A stretch of 64,000 nucleotides of DNA from Vicugna vicugna (taxonomy: Eukaryota), in NCBI GenBank assembly GCA_013265495.1, contig MU057398.1:372001-436000 (forward strand). Direction: 5' to 3'. Shown one piece after another: positions 11,001-39,309 of the stretch. Within the stretch, counting starts at the first letter, position 1. Each line of letters begins with the position of its first letter. The notes under the pieces were generated by a model, which was not told the DNA's origin, searched no databases, and was given only the letters and a program-made list of their open reading frames with translations. Both the position numbers and the translations under genes were made by a program.

Positions 11001-13824
11001 TGGGGCTTTGGCAGGTATTTCAAGAACAGGGAGGTGTGTGGGCAGCTGGCATCCACTCTACACAGCTGGGAATGGAGAGGCCACACTTTGCCTGTTCAGA
11101 GGCAGCCCTGCCTGAGCATATCCCATCAGGCCCCCAGACATGAGGAGAAAAGCCTAATGCTGCAGCTGGTGGGTGGGGCCATACACATTCCCCTGAACTA
11201 TGGCCCCCTGGCTTCCCACCTCCTGCCACATTTCTGCTGGGGGCTCAGGGAGAGGGGACTGCTCTGACCCTAAGCAGGCATCAAATCTTGGAGACAGGAT
11301 TGCTGTCTGTAGCAGAGCTGAGCCAACACTTTGGAGTCTAAACAGGGGGACATATTGATCACTCACCACAATAAAACGCATTTAACAGACAGATGAGAGC
11401 TGTATTGATTCCTCTGGTTTCTAAACAATCCCCAGCCCCATCCCTGTTTATCTTTCAAGCCCCTGCTGGTGTGTACCTCAATGCAGGATTTATAGAGCTC
11501 CAGAGCTGGAAGGACTTGGAAAGACCTGAAGTCAGACCCAAATCCAGAGAGATCTGGGATTTGCCCCCTAGATATGCTACCTCTCAGGCCCCCCATGCTA
11601 TAGGACATGGTAGTTTCCCTCCCAGCTAGGTTCCTTGTCTACTTGGTCGCTCAGTCCCCCTATTCGTGGCCTGTTTCAGGCATTGAGGGAGAGACTGGTG
11701 CTGCTAAGTGCCTGGAAAGCGGCGCTACTTAGACCCAGGTCAGCACGGGCCAGTTAGCTTCTCTTGTTTCAGCTCTGGAACGATCTGAGGTGATCATCAC
11801 AGGGCGCATAAAGGCTGCTGGTCAAAGTCAAGGCCCTGCCAGCAGTCAGCAGCACCATCTCTGTGGATAAAAGGAGCCTCTTCCCCCAAGAGAAAGACAG
11901 GAGCACTTAAGTGGTCTGCCTCTGAGAAGCCAAAGGTGTACACTACTCAGGGAACGTGGCATGGGGCTTTGCAACAGAGGTCACCACAAAGGGTCTAGGC
12001 CAGGTAGCTGCCCCCAGCCACAGCTCACTCACCAATGACCAGCAGCACGAGGATGACAATGAGAACCACAAAGAAGGTGTTGCCATAGCTCACCACCAAT
12101 TCCACAAGGCGGGACTTGAAAATCTTCTGCCATCTGTGAAGAAGAGAAAAAGGCTAAGGCCTGAAGAGAAAGAACACATACTTTATTTATTTATTTATTT
12201 TTGGAGGTACTGTGGATTGAATCCAGGACCTCCTGCATGCTAAGCATGTGCTCTACCACTTGAGCTGTACCGTCCGCCCCAGAACACACACTTGGGATCC
12301 AGGGCCCTGAGAACAGACATCATTTCACACTCTTCTCCAATGGCCACATACCCTACACAGATTCAGCCTTGGCTGCCTGCAACTTTCTAATTTTTGACAT
12401 CCATTCAAGAGTGTTATAAAGGAAAAAAAAAAGCACGTCTGTGCATAGGAATTTCTAGAAAACCAGTCTTAAAGACTGGTAGTCTCTGAGAAGGGAAACA
12501 GGAAACTTATTTTCCCCTATATAGTACCAAAATGCTTGGTACTATTTTTTTCTTTAAATTGTTTCTTTAAATTGTTTTCCCATGTGACCAATCCTGGTTC
12601 ATCTAGACTCCCACCACCCCAGATTATTATGAAGCAGACCCCAAACTTCCCTTCATTTCCCTCCACAAATACTTCAGGATATAGCTCTATCAGAGAAGAG
12701 CCTTAAGAAACGGTTAACACAATCACAACACCATCACCAGGCCTCAAGAAAATCAACAAGAATCCCTTTTTATCGGAGCCAGGATTCCAAAGTCCAATTG
12801 CTACAATTATTTTTTAATAGTTGGTTTGTTTGAATCCCAAGAAGATTCTGATTCTGCATTTATTTGATAAAGTATCTTAAATCTCTCTTACTCTGTAAGC
12901 TCCCCCCTTCTTGTGCCCTCGTGTTATCTCTCCCAATTTACTTTTGCAGAAACCAGGCTGTTTGTCCTACAAAGCTTCCCAGGTTGCAGCTCCAAGGGGC
13001 CTCTGTCTCTGCATTTCCTGTGAACTACATGAGGTACATGAGCAGATTTATATCTGGCTTTTGTCAAGAACATTTCTTAGGTGATGCTGTATACTTTGTA
13101 TTCTATAGCATCAGGGGTCAGAATTTTTCATTTAAAAAGTTTTCCAAAAAATACCTGTGAAAACACAGCCTTATTCATCATGTTCTAATTTAAGTAAAAA
13201 TGTTTCTTATATGTAATTAAAATCAATTTTCAATTAACTTTTCACAGGTTCTTGGTTCATTTAAAAGAAACATGGCTACAGCCTTCAGAGGCTGAGTAAT
13301 GCTCATGAGGCCACTATGTACGCAATGCCAGTGCAACCGTTAGGACAGAAGTCAGCCAATCAACAACAACGCGACCCACAGCGCAAGCCTTCCAGATCCC
13401 ACAATGCCATGCCCTGACCCCCAGGGACCCAACGGGAGGCCAGAGGGCATCATTCCCAGAACCATAACTAGGTCTTCTCCCCTTTGGGACATTCTGAATA
13501 CCCGAAGGCAGAGTGCCCAGGAAAGGAACTCAGCAAGATGTGACAGAGCAGAGCTGTGGGGAGGGTTGGCAATAGTAAACACAACCCTTGCCACCCCCAC
13601 CCGACAGGTTCTACTTGTTTCTGTCTGCCCCAATTCCAGGGTCCACCGACTCTGCATCCATAAGCTACAGAGCTCAGAGCTGGACAACAGCTGCCCACTT
13701 GCTTGCTTGCCTGCTTGCTCCACGGGGCATACCTTTTGGGAGAAATGAAGGGAATGCAGAGCAGCAGCACAGCAAAGACCTCTGCATAGAGGAAAGTGGC
13801 AACTGCAGTCCACTGCAGACTCAT
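7868..13824 (-). CDS. BCAP31: B-cell receptor-associated protein 31 (BAP31), 5' partial; coding join 13733-13824, 12033-12133, 7868-8015; remaining exons left of window
   Basis: Spliced translation MSLQWTAVATFLYAEVFAVLLLCIPFISPKR|WQKIFKSRLVELVVSYGNTFFVVLIVILVLLVID|AVREIWKYDGVTERVNLQNNPGAVEHFHMKLFRAQRNLYIAGFSLLLSF matches BAP31 N-terminal TM region; canonical GT/AG, phases consistent (92/101/148 nt). Confidence 0.97.
8528..8616 (+). mobile_element. tRNA-derived SINE (camelid Vic-1/CHR-like)
   Basis: A box CTCAGTGGTAGAG, B box GGGTCCAATCCC, A-rich tail. Confidence 0.85.
9065..9148 (-). mobile_element. L1 extreme 3' end fused to the U6 copy
   Basis: AGCACGCTGTAGGGTATACAGAAGT...GTTGTACGCGTGGAGCTTACATAATGTTATGAATCAGTG + A tail resembles L1MA9-like 3' UTR end. 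Confidence 0.75.
9149..9252 (-). pseudogene. RNU6: U6 snRNA retrocopy (near full length, mutated ACAGAGA box)
   Basis: Reverse complement GTGCTCGCTTCGGCAGCACATATACTAAAATTGGAATGATACAAAGATGATTAGTATGCCCCCTGCACAAGGACGATGTGCAGATTTGTGAAGTGTTC matches U6; first 36 nt exact. Confidence 0.95.
9510..9872 (+). mobile_element. MaLR solo LTR (MLT1A-like)
   Basis: TGTTATGGACTG...CA termini; CCATGTGAGGACACAG, CACCTTGATCTTGGACTTCC, CCAGAACTGTGAGAA hallmarks. Confidence 0.85.
12033..12133 (-). CDS. BCAP31: BCAP31 exon 3
   Basis: WQKIFKSRLVEL...VLLVI; ttcacAG acceptor, GTGAG donor. Confidence 0.96.
12184..12280 (-). mobile_element. tRNA-derived SINE with TSD
   Basis: A/B boxes on minus strand, (TTTA)n tail; TSD AGAACACAyACTT at 12171-12183 and 12281-12293. 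Confidence 0.9.
13733..13824 (-). CDS. BCAP31: BCAP31 exon 2 coding part (exon starts at 13868)
   Basis: ATG at 13824; MSLQWTAVATFLYAE...ISPKR; donor GTATG. Confidence 0.96.
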
Positions 13825-14549
13825 TCTGTTGCTAGAAGCTTTCCAATAGGGTGATGTGAGCTGGTTTCCTGAGAGCACAGAAGGAACAGGAGGAGTCATG
13901 AGAGCTGGGCAGTCATTCTACCCGGCCCCCTAGCACTTCACCTCAGAGCCCTGAAAGCACCTGCTGAAGCGGGCTCAACACAGCAGGGATGCTCGACCAA
14001 TAGTGCTCAAAGGCCCGGCAGTCTGTGGGGCCTTCGGGATGTGAGTTAAGAAATCCAGAGTCACCTTTCCGACAACGCCTTTCCCCGTGGAGTTCAGGAG
14101 ACTTCTCACACTTGTTTAAATGGAAAAGGGTTTTCAATGCAGAAAGTTACGTAGACAGGAGGAGGTTGTCGACATCCATCAGGCCTGCTCCCTTCCCAGC
14201 CCAGGACAGCTAGCTGTGCGGCAGAGGCGCCCAGATCCCTGCCAGCCCCTGGCGGCACTTTTACTTCCTTCAAAGCCGCGGCGCCCCCATCCCTCCGGAG
14301 AACCAGGAGGGCCTTCCCTCCCCAGCCCTTCTAACGGGGCCCAGAGAAAATCAGCGACTCCTCCTGGGGCAGGAGCAGGAGCTAAAAGGCCTTCCTACTA
14401 CCGCGTCTCAACTCCGAAGGGGTGGAAGGGCTCGGGGGACCTCAAACAGCCCACAAGAGCGACTCCTAGAGGACGGGAGTCGGGGCCAAGAACACACGCA
14501 GGTCTCGACCAAGCACCTCACGGACCCATCCAGAGAAAATTCTAGAAGA

Positions 14550-15460
14550 AGCTGTCTCCTCGGAACCCAGAGGAGCCCCTCCCTGCAGCCTGGGTCGCCC
14601 ACAGCGCCTGCCCGGCTCCAGAGGACCTCCGACGTGGGCCCGACCCGATACTCTCTCCCTAGTCCCACCCCGGCGGCTCCTCTGGGTGGACTTCGTCGTC
14701 GCCCCTAGCCCCCGGAGCCCAGCTCCACCCGCCGCCGCCCCGACTTCCCTCCGTCCGGCCCTGCCCCCGTACTCCACGCTCGGCCCTCGGCCCGGCGCCC
14801 CGGGCTCCGCCGAGACGCCCGCCGCTCCCCCTCATCGAGGAATCGGGGGACCTCGGCGGCCCGGTAGCCCAGCCAGGCGCGCGGGCCCGCTCACCAAGTT
14901 TCTCACAGCCACCGCGCACGCCTCGTCGCCGCCAAACTCTCCCACCACAACCCCGGCCCCGCCCCTTCCCCCAAGGCCGGAACCGGAAGCTCCCGCCGGG
15001 TCCCGTCCCGCCCCCAATCGCCGCGAGGCCCAGGCGGCTCCGCCCACGCCGCTTTCTGCCCCGCCCCTGAGCCGAGGCTAAGCCGCCCAGGACTGGGGAA
15101 GAAGCGGCGCCTAGAGCGCGCGGGGAGACGGGGCGGGGCCTTGGCGGAAAGGCGAGGTGCCGCTTCTCTAGCCCGCGCGGTCCTCCCACGTCTCTGTGGT
15201 CCGGGGAGGGGGCGGGGCCCAAGCATGGGGCGAGAACGGGGTGGGGCGCCCTGCGCCCGGGCTCCGCCTCCCGCCCCTCCTCCGCCTCCTCCCTTTCCCC
15301 CGACTCGCCCCTTGGGTAGGGGTGGGTGGGTAGGTGGGGATTCTGGGCGGGTGGCGGAGTCACAGTCGCTTCGGCCAGGCTGTGGAGCGGACCGACGCGC
15401 CTGGTGCCCCGGGGAGGGGCGCCACCAGGGGAGGAGGAGGTAGAGAGGAAGAGACGCCCT
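14550..15460. promoter_or_regulatory. Bidirectional CpG-island promoter shared by BCAP31 and ABCD1
   Basis: Very CpG-rich; tandem ETS/GABP CCGGAACCGGAAG 14977-14989, CCAAT 15014-15018, multiple GGGCGG boxes; lies between divergent first exons. Confidence 0.9.
14895..14960 (-). other. BCAP31: BCAP31 non-coding exon 1 (5' boundary approximate)
   Basis: Strong donor AAACTTG|GTGAGC at 14895/14894 just downstream of ETS/GC-box promoter elements within the CpG island. Confidence 0.7.
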
Positions 15461-15597
15461 CTCTGCCTGAGACCTCTGGAGGCTCTGACCCCAGAGGACT
15501 GACAAGTTCCTCCACCTCGGCTGCCTGAAGAGGCCGCGACCCTGGAGGGCCCTGAGCCCACCACACCAGGGGCCCCAGCACTGTCCGGGTGGCCTAA

Positions 15598-32052
<16,455 letters not shown>

Positions 32053-33719
32053 CTGCGGGCCAAGGCTCTCAGCCCTCGGCCCTTGCCCCTCCCCAAGCCC
32101 TCGGATCACATGAAGGAAATGGAGCGCCTACCCTCCCAGCCCCGCTGTGGGCCTGCCCTGCATGCTTTCCCTCCTCCAGGGCCTCTGGGCCACCGCCACA
32201 CCTGCCTAGAGGACCGCCAGCCAAATCGCCTGCCCCTTCCCAACTCCACTGCATCTGTGACCCCGTGAGGGAGCCGAGGCCTTTGTTTTCTCTGGGGAAG
32301 GGGAGAGGGGTCAGAGGCGAGCCCCAGTTCACAGCACCAGCCCGCGCCAAGGAGCCTTGGCATTTGTCGGGCACCGCCCTCCCGAGGCTGAGATCCCATC
32401 TTCCTCCTCTTCCGTCCCTTGGAGACCTCACCTCCCATCTCCTGGGATGCCCTTCTGGCCATAAAAACAGCCAAGCGGGACCCACGGTGAGACAGTCTCT
32501 GCTCCTTCTCCCTATCACTTGTCCCAAAGAGCCTGCAGGAGACAGAACCGCACAGCATTTCCTAGAGCAATGATAAGAATGTATTCCTGTCCCTTCATCC
32601 CTAGCCTTCTCTCTCCTACGAGCTAATTTATTGGATTCCTGTGTGTAGCCATCTGGACTGCCAATGTGAGCACCCCGCCAGCAGGGGAGGCGGCCTGGGC
32701 CATGGTCCTTCACGGGTGGCCTGGCCTCTTTAGTCAGACCCTGGCTGGCCCATCACCCTACCAGCCTACACTGCCAACAACCATGGGGGTGAGGGCAGGC
32801 CAGCCAAAGGGCTGTTGGACGCTGGGGCTGCCGGGCGTGAGGGCACCAGTGTGCCCAGCTCAGTGCCAAAGAGGGGTCAGCGGGGGAGCTGTCTGCAAAG
32901 CCAGCCCCCACCCGAGAGGGAGACCCCGCCACCGCACCGCTGTGTGCCTTTCCGGGGCCCTCAGCCCTCGGGTCAGGGAGCCTCCCTCAGTTTCTCAGTA
33001 AAAACCTTCTGCAGAAAGTACAGTCCTGCCTCCCAGCCTCTTAGTCAGGGTTTGGGGGAGGGATGGTGAGGGCAGCAGTTTTCCTGGGGGAGGAATAACC
33101 TCAAGCCCCCGACCCCGCCCGAAGATGATGCTGTTCCGCACACTCTCTGGCTGACAGGGCGGTGGGGAGGCGGGCTCAGCAACATGTCGCCACAGTGACG
33201 CCTGAGCCCCAGGAGGACTCTGCACTCAGCCTGACCCTGTGCTGGGGTGGAGAGGAAGGGACGATGTATGGTCCATGCATGAGGAGCTGCTAGAAAGTTA
33301 CTGAGAAAACCAGTGAGTTGCAAAGTAGGCTGGTAGGGGGACACGGAGGAGGAAGAGCCCTGAGCCGGCCAAGCAAGGGGCAGCAGGGACAAAGTGGTTC
33401 CATACCTTCTAGGAAGAGGGAACGCTTGTGCAAAGGTCCAGGGGTCAATCAGGAGCAAGATGCTGGACATGGATGCTAAGGGCAAGGGGGAAGGAGGGAC
33501 CAGGCCACTCTCTAAAAGCCTGGGCTTATTCCGGAGACGAGAAGCCACCAAAGTGTTTTCAGCAGGATGGAAACAATATAGGAGTTGTGCTTGAAGGAGG
33601 CCTTGTGGAGGGTAGTTTGGAAGGAGGTGAGAGCACACCGCTTGGCCCTCATCCACTGCTGGTGCGAATGGACACGGGGCCGTCATGGTGGGGAAGAGCG
33701 TGGCGTGTCCTCGAAAGCT

Positions 33720-34385
33720 AGATGGAGAGTCCTCATGTGCCCCAGCATTCTGCTCCGAGGTTTAGACCCAAGAGAATTGAAAACTAGCTCAAGTGGTAGA
33801 GCACGTACACCAGGTCCTGGCTTCAATCCACTATGCCGCCTCTAAATATAAATAAGTAAACCCTAATTACCTCCCATCCCAAAATTAAAAATTTTTAAAA
33901 CCCCAGTGTCCAATCATACCCTTACAGAGGAATATTCTTAACAGTATATTGATGATAACCAAAATGTGGAAACGGCTGGAATGTCCATCAATCCATGAAT
34001 GGACAAGCAAAATGTGGTCTCTCCGTACAACAGACTATTATTCAGCTCCACAAAGAACAGAGTTCCTACTACAACATGGATGAACTGTAAAAACATGCTA
34101 AAGAAAAGAAGCCAGTCATAAGAGAGCACACGTACTGTATGATTCTGTTTATCTGCAATGTCCGGAATAGGTAAATCTACAGAGACGCAAAGCAGATTGC
34201 TGGTCGCCAGGAGCTGGGAAGGTGGGAAACAGTGAGAGACTGCTGAATGGGAACAAGGTTTCCTTTTAGGGTGATGGGAATGTTCTGGGACATTGATGGT
34301 TGCACAACATTGTCAGTATGCTAAAGGCCACTGAATTGTGCACATTAAAACAGTTAATTTTGTTATGCGAATTTCACCCCCAAAA
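33720..34385 (+). mobile_element. L1 3' fragment (L1MB/ME-like)
   Basis: AATGTCCATCAA...AAAATGTGGT...GGTTGCACAACATTG motifs. Confidence 0.75.
33786..33900 (+). mobile_element. tRNA-derived SINE, internally deleted
   Basis: AGCTCAAGTGGTAGAGCAC...GGTCCTGGCTTCAATCC...CCTAATTACCTCCC. Confidence 0.75.
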
Positions 34386-34528
34386 TAGATAATATATAAT
34401 AGATACATTGATTGATCATAAAGAGACAGAGGTGACAGGTGATTGATAGATACTAAAGAGAGATGGGAGATTAGATGGTAGATTGATAATGATGATAGGT
34501 AGGTAGGTAGGTAGGTAGGTAGGTAGAT
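34385..34528. repeat. Degenerate (GATA)n ending in (TAGG)n tetranucleotide repeat
   Basis: Direct reading; perfect TAGG units ~34496-34524. Confidence 0.85.
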
Positions 34529-35708
34529 GGTCACTAAGGAGGTAGGTAATAGTCAGAGATGAACGAGCACACAGCTTAATGCAACACAGGCCAGATGTGC
34601 TGAGGCCGGAAATCCCGGATGGATTAGAGAGATTAGAAGACAGTCAACAGGTGCGTGGGGCGGTCAGACGCTGGGGGAAGGGAAGGGTGGGGTGAGAGTC
34701 AAGGTGACTCCTGGGTTCTGGCTCGGGTGGCCGGGTGAGCGATGGCACCCTTTGTCGAAGGAGAGACAGGTCGGGGAGAGGGTGCTACCTACTTAGCACT
34801 TGCTGGGCCCAGGCCTGCAGCCCCGGCGGAAATGAGGAGGCAGCTGGCACTAGGAGAATGCAGCTCGGATGAGAGCTTGAGGCTGCAGATCCTCCGAGGG
34901 GGCGTTGGCTGGCAGAGAGGCAGCTGGTGGTGGAGGGTACACGTGGACAGCCTTGGGAGGAGGTGCTTAATCTCTTATCTGGGGGATGGGAGATAGTCTG
35001 CGTTTTATCTGAATTTTGAGGTTAAGGTTTGTTCCTCATCCCAGAAGTGGCGGTTTGAAGGGCTAGGAGTCGTTCCTCCATCTCCTCCCAAGATGGTGCA
35101 AGTTGTCCCTACCTGATAATAAATCTTTAAAAAAAACAACAACAACTTACACTGTTAGAATGGTTCTGTGGTCAGCCACCAAACCCTAATTGATACCGAT
35201 GGAAAGAGATGTACCCGGCAAATACCATCCAAAAGGAAATTAGTGGAAAGAAATTAATATCAGGCAAGGGAGACCTCAAGGCACAAATCATTATTAGGGA
35301 TAAAAGAGGTTGCTGTCTAATGATTAAATAAATAATCCATTCAGAAGCATTAACCATTCTGCATGAGTGTGTGCCTGCCTAGTGGCAGAGCCTCAAATGT
35401 ACATCAAACAGAAAAGTAGCAGTAAAAGGAAAAATTAATTAATTAGTATTTTCACCACAATAAATCACACTACTTCTCACTCCATTTGGTAGCTCAGGCA
35501 GGCAAAACTAGTAAGACTATAGCACAAATTGAACAAGCTTGATTAATGGACATCCCAAAACTAGAGGTTGCACATGCTTTTCAAGTTCACCTTCAACACT
35601 TATCAAGACTCACCATGTCCTTGGCCTCAAAACACATCTCATTAAATACTAGAAGAATGGGCATCATATGGATCATGTTCTCAAACTGCAATGAAATAAA
35701 GTCATAAA

Positions 35709-35890
35709 TGGGGGGAGGGTGTAGCTCAGTGGTAGAGTGCGTGCCTAGCATGCACAAGATCCTAGGTTCAATCCCCAGTACCTTCATTAAAAAATAAATA
35801 AACATAAAATGACTAACTCAATGAAAAAAGTTAAATAAACAAACAAACAATATTACCTACCCCCCAGAAAAAACAACAAAATTTTTTAAT
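35709..35890 (+). mobile_element. tRNA-derived SINE with TSD
   Basis: GGGGAGGGTGTAGCTCAGTGGTAGAG head; imperfect TSD AAATAAA(g/a)TCATAAAT on both sides. Confidence 0.9.
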
Positions 35891-35928
35891 AAAATAAAAT
35901 CATAAATGGATAATAAAACTAAAATTAA

Positions 35929-36050
35929 GGGGGGAGGGTTTAACTCAGTGGTAGAGTGTATGCCTAGCATGCATGAGGTCCTGGGTTCAATTCCTAGTAT
36001 CTCCATTTAAAAAAAAATTTTAATGAAAAATTTAAAAATAATTAAAAAAA
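35929..36050 (+). mobile_element. tRNA-derived SINE
   Basis: GGGGAGGGTTTAACTCAGTGGTAGAG...GGGTTCAATTCC, A-rich tail. Confidence 0.88.
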
Positions 36051-37773
36051 TATGAAAACTAAAAACACACTTCCAAATAATTGGTCCAAGAAGAATTATA
36101 ATGAAAATCTTTTAAAAATGTTTGAACTGAACAACAATGCAAACGCTGCATATGAAAACTTCTGGGACCAGGACGTAGCTCAAACGGTACTCGGGAGGAA
36201 ATGAGTAAGATGAGCACCACTGCAGGAAGTTAGGAAAACCACGGTAGAATAAACCCAAAGGCAGCAGAAGGAAGGAAATCACAAAGCAGCAGAAATTCAT
36301 GAAATAGAAACAAGAAAGATCAATACAACCTGAAGTTGGTTTTCGAAATGAATGAAATAGGCTCTGGCAAGAATGAAAGGCAACAATATCCAAATCAACC
36401 AGGCCAGGAAGGAAAAAAGGGACAGAACCACAGATAGCACAGCCATTTCAAACATCATGGGTGACTGCCTTAAGCAGGGGAGCTTGAACACCTGTATCTT
36501 CCTTGCTTCTCAAACACAGCGAAAATGATAGTAAGGGAACACCAGATGCGAAAAAGGAGTAAGTTCAGTGCAGAAAAGGAGACGAGTCCCTTCTAAGAAA
36601 ATTTTAGAAGCTGGAAAACAAGGAGAGGAGCAAAGAGCGCAAACTTTGAAAACAGGAGGCGGGCAGTGGCAGGGGCTGGTGTGCACAAGACTTGGAAGCA
36701 CCAAAAGAAAAAAATGCATGGCAGGGTGGGGAACAGAAGGACAGAGGGATCGGTTGAAAGTCTGTATAAGAGGCTACTCGTTCACATGTATTTCAATTGT
36801 TTATTTGTGTGTGTGTGTGTGTTTATGGCTGCGAGATGCTCACTCATATCTTTGCCCCACCTCATGCAGAAGACCAGGTCTGTGAAAATGCAAATTAAAG
36901 CTACAGTGCGATATCTTTTCATTTCCACAAATTGGCAGAATTTAAAAAGTGTGACAATACCACATGTTGACAGAGACCTGGAGTAGCAGGAACTCATGTA
37001 CTGTTGGAGGGCAAATATAAACTGGTACAATCCTTTTGGAAAACAATTTGGCATTATCTAGTAGAACTGAAGCATATTTATGACCTAATAATGACACTCT
37101 TGGGCACACCCTAGAGAAGGTCTTTCACAAACACACCAGATTATATGTTCAAATTGTTCACAGCAGCGTTGTTTATAATAGGCAAAGGCCAGAAAAAACC
37201 CAAGTGTCCATTAACAAGGAGAATAAACAAACTATATTAAGGTTATATGATGGAAAACTATTCAGCAATAGAAATGAATAAACTTGGATGTATGTCATGA
37301 GTATAATACAGAACTAAAGCAACAAGTTACAGAAAAATACATCCAGTATGATTCCATTTATATAAATTCCAAATGTATAAAACCAAATGATATATATCAT
37401 TTAGGGATAACTCATATTTGGGACAAGTACAGAGAAAAGCAAGGAAAGGATTGTGGTTGCTCTGTCAAGGGAGAAAGAGGGTGGGGGCTTCAAAGGCATC
37501 CAGAATGCCTCCAGTTGGTGGCGGGGACACATATATAGCATCTAATCATGATTTTCTGAACAATTCATATAAGTGGTGTCTACTCTTTTGTATGTATCTG
37601 CTGTTTTATAGATCAAAAATAGCTAAATGTTAAGCAATTTCATCTGCTCAATTTCTTTTGACCTACCAAATTTCATAATAATATAATAAGACCACAACTT
37701 TCTGCTAATAAGTTTGAAACTTTGATAAAATAGGCATAGTTCTAGGAAAATACTGTTGATCAAAAATTGACTC

Positions 37774-39309
37774 AAAGTAGAAAAAATTATCCTAAAATTC
37801 ATATGGACTCTCAAGAGACCCCCAAATAGCCAAAGCAACTCCAAAAAAGAAGAACAAAGTTGGAGGACTCAGGCTTCCTGGTGTCAAAACATGACAAAGC
37901 TACAAGAATGAAAACAGTGTGGTACTGGCCTGAAGATGGACACACAGAGCAATAGAGCAGAATAGAGAGTCCAGAAATAAATCCTCATGTATGTGATCAA
38001 ATGATCTTTGACAATGGTGCCAAGAATATTCAACAGGGAAAGGACAGTCTCTTCAACAAATAGTATTGGGAAAACTAGATTTCCACATGCAAAAAGAGAG
38101 GAACTTGGACCCTTATCTTACACCATCAACAAAAATCAACTCAAAGTGAATTAAAGACCTAAATGTAAGACCTAAAATTATTAAACTTCTAGAAGAAGAT
38201 ATGGGGGAAAGCTTCATGACATTGTACTTAGCAATGACTTCTTGGCAATGACACCAAAAGTATAGGAAACAAAAGCAAAAGTAGACAAATGGGACTCCAT
38301 CAAGCTTAAAAACTTTTGCGCAAAGAAAGATAAAAGATAAAAAACAGAGTAAAAACACCTCCTACAGAATGGGAGAAAATATATATAAATCATATATCTG
38401 AGAAGGGGTTAATATCCAGAATATACAAAGAACTCCTACAACTCAACAAGAAAAAAATCAAATTACCTGATTAAAAAATGGACAAAGGATTTGAATAGAC
38501 ATCACTCCAAAGAAGACATACAAATGTCCAACAGGTACATGAAAAGGTGCTCAACATCATTCATCATCAAGAAGTGTAAATCAAAACCACAATAAGATAT
38601 CACCTCACACCCACTAGAATGGTTACCATTTTTAGAAAAAAAAGCAAAAAACATCAAGTTTTGGCAGGGATGTGAAGAAATTGGAAGCCTTGTGCACTCT
38701 TGATGGGATTGTAAAATGGTGCAAAAGCCAGAGAAAATGGTATGGAAGTTCCTCAAAAAGTTAAAAAGAGAGCCACCATATGATCCAACAATTCCATTTC
38801 TGGGTGCATATCCAAAAGTGTCAAACAGAGTCTCAAAGAGATATTTGTATACCCATGTTCATGGCAGCACTATCCACAACAGCCAAGAGGTAGAAGCAGC
38901 CTGAGTGTCCCCTGACTGAGGAATGAATGAGCAAAATGTGGTCTCTACACAAAATGGAATATTATTCTGCTGTAAAAAGGAAGGAAATCCTCCCAGATGC
39001 TACAACATGGGTGAACCTCAATGACACTATATGTGAAATAAGCCAAGTTACAAAAGACAAATATTGTCTGAGTCCGCTTATGTGAGGCATCTAAAGTGGT
39101 TGAATTCATAGACACAGAACGTAGAATGGTGGGTGCCAGGGGTTGGGGGGAAGGAGAGTTAATGAATGGATACAGCACTTCTGTTTTGTAAATGAAATAG
39201 TTCTGGAGATCTATTTCACAACAACTTGAATATAGTTAACACTACTGAAATGTACACTGAAAAATGGTTAAAATGGTAAATTTGTTACATGTATTTTTTA
39301 CAACAATAA
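37774..39309 (+). mobile_element. 5'-truncated L1 (ORF2 C-terminus + 3' UTR) with TSD
   Basis: TSD AAAAATTGACTC at 37762-37773 and 39310-39321; ends AATAAA + A. Confidence 0.85.

Noticed and set aside
35709..35785. tRNA gene call for SINE heads
   Set aside because: A-rich tails, TSDs and no complete acceptor stem indicate SINEs
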